From Podarcis erhardii (lineage: Eukaryota): a DNA stretch of 64,000 bases. Where the stretch lies: the NCBI GenBank assembly GCA_964252035.1, contig OZ176204.1; one strand, written 5' to 3'. The notes under the pieces were generated by a model that ran no database searches, was not told the origin of the DNA, and saw only the letters and a program-made list of their open reading frames with translations. The position numbers and the translations under genes were made by a program. Below are positions 62,863-64,000 of this stretch, piece after piece; position 1 is the stretch's first letter; the number at the start of each line of letters is the position of its first letter.

Positions 62863-63102
62863 CAGTGGTACCTCGGGTTAAGAACTTAATTCGTTCTGGA
62901 GGTCCGTTCTTAACCTGAAACTGTTCTTAACCTGAGGTACCACTTTAGCTAATGGGGCTTCCCACTGCTGTTGCCGCAGCCGTGCGATTTTTGTTCTCAT
63001 CCTGAAGCAGAGTTCTTAACCCAAGGTACTATTTCTGGGTTAGTGAAGTCTGTAACCTGAAGCGTCTGTAACTTGAAGCATCTGTAACCCGAGGTACCAC
63101 TG
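62863..63102. mobile_element. Tc1/mariner-type MITE (CAGTGGTACCTC family)
   Basis: ta|cagtggtacctcggg ... cgaggtaccactg|ta. Confidence 0.9.
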
Positions 63103-64000
63103 TAGTAATGAAAAATGAGATGACTATGCAGGTAGAATCAAAAAGTATTCCAAGATTTCAAAGCTGAGGAGAAGAACAAGCAGTAGCATTATCAGGAACA
63201 AATGTGAGTGATTTTGAAAATGGCCAAGAAGCAATAATAATAAAAAAGCAGTAAGCTGTAAAGAATGGGAAGGAAGATCAGGAAAAGAACAGCATAAATA
63301 TACTATCTTGGTGGTGATGGTGATGATAATTGCATTGATCTTTCTACATGGAACCTTCAGGGAGATTTGACACACTCCTATCCCAACAACCAAATGAATG
63401 TATAAATGCAGCCTTAACCAACCTGGTGCCTCCAAGTGTTTTGGACTACCCCTCCCAGCAGTCCCACTCAGTACAACATCTGGAGGGGACAAGGCCAGTA
63501 AGGGCTTATCCAATGGGACCAAATAAAAGAACTGATTCCTGATGTACTCCTACAAAAAGCAGGAAGATGAAGAAATGAAGCCACCGAGAGAAACCTTAAG
63601 GGAGTGATGAGACAGCCATGATGAAAGCCATGAGAAAACAATAGGAGCCAAAGCTAAGAAAGCGAAATAAGAAGTGAGCAGTCAGCTGCATCAAAGGCTC
63701 AAAGAAGAGTCAGAAGAAGAAGATCCACGAAGAAAAGATGGTTAGATTTTGCTGCGTGGAGTTCATTGGAAAGATGAGTTGGAGCAGCCTCCGTTAAATG
63801 AAAGGAGCAAAAGCTAGATTGGAAAGGATGAAGAACAGAATTGCTAGAAATGAAAAGAAGGCATTGTCTCAAGAAGTTTTCTTTATTAGGGGGAGAAGAA
63901 AGATGGGGGTTGTTAATTAGATGAGTAGTGTGAGGGGTGGGGGAGGGGGTATTGCTTTATTTTGTTTTTATTATGTATTTTGTGTTTTTATCTTGTATTT

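Noticed and set aside
55659-64000. Search for the preceding CDH23 exon (GVISVSRPLDYEQ...-like)
   Set aside because: Not found on the minus strand; presumably lies beyond the right edge.

Overview
Squamate reptile genomic DNA, most likely a lacertid lizard (Sauria SINEs, a BovB-derived element, CR1/L2/L1 fragments, TA- and 8-bp-TSD MITEs). The window lies entirely inside cadherin-23 (CDH23) on the minus strand. I reconstructed 18 consecutive coding exons (55658 down to 369) totalling 2502 nt, or 834 codons, with consistent splice phases. They encode roughly EC7 to most of EC14. Exon numbers (19-36) follow my recollection of the human 70-exon annotation. The spliced product matches the recalled human CDH23 length only if two non-obvious signals are used: a 3-nt microexon (AAG, Lys; 5622-5624) and a GC 5' splice site (CAG|GCATGT at 29413) opening an 18-kb intron. 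That intron contains an antisense nested gene orthologous to C10orf105 (21886-22305, + strand), a single-pass membrane protein. Here it ends in -STEL, the same last three residues as CDH23's own PDZ ligand (-ITEL). The rest is intronic sequence with nested transposons, two solo-LTR candidates, a near-perfect ~115-nt palindrome, microsatellites and one 152-N gap. There are no prokaryote-type features (CRISPR, operons, rRNA, true tRNA).
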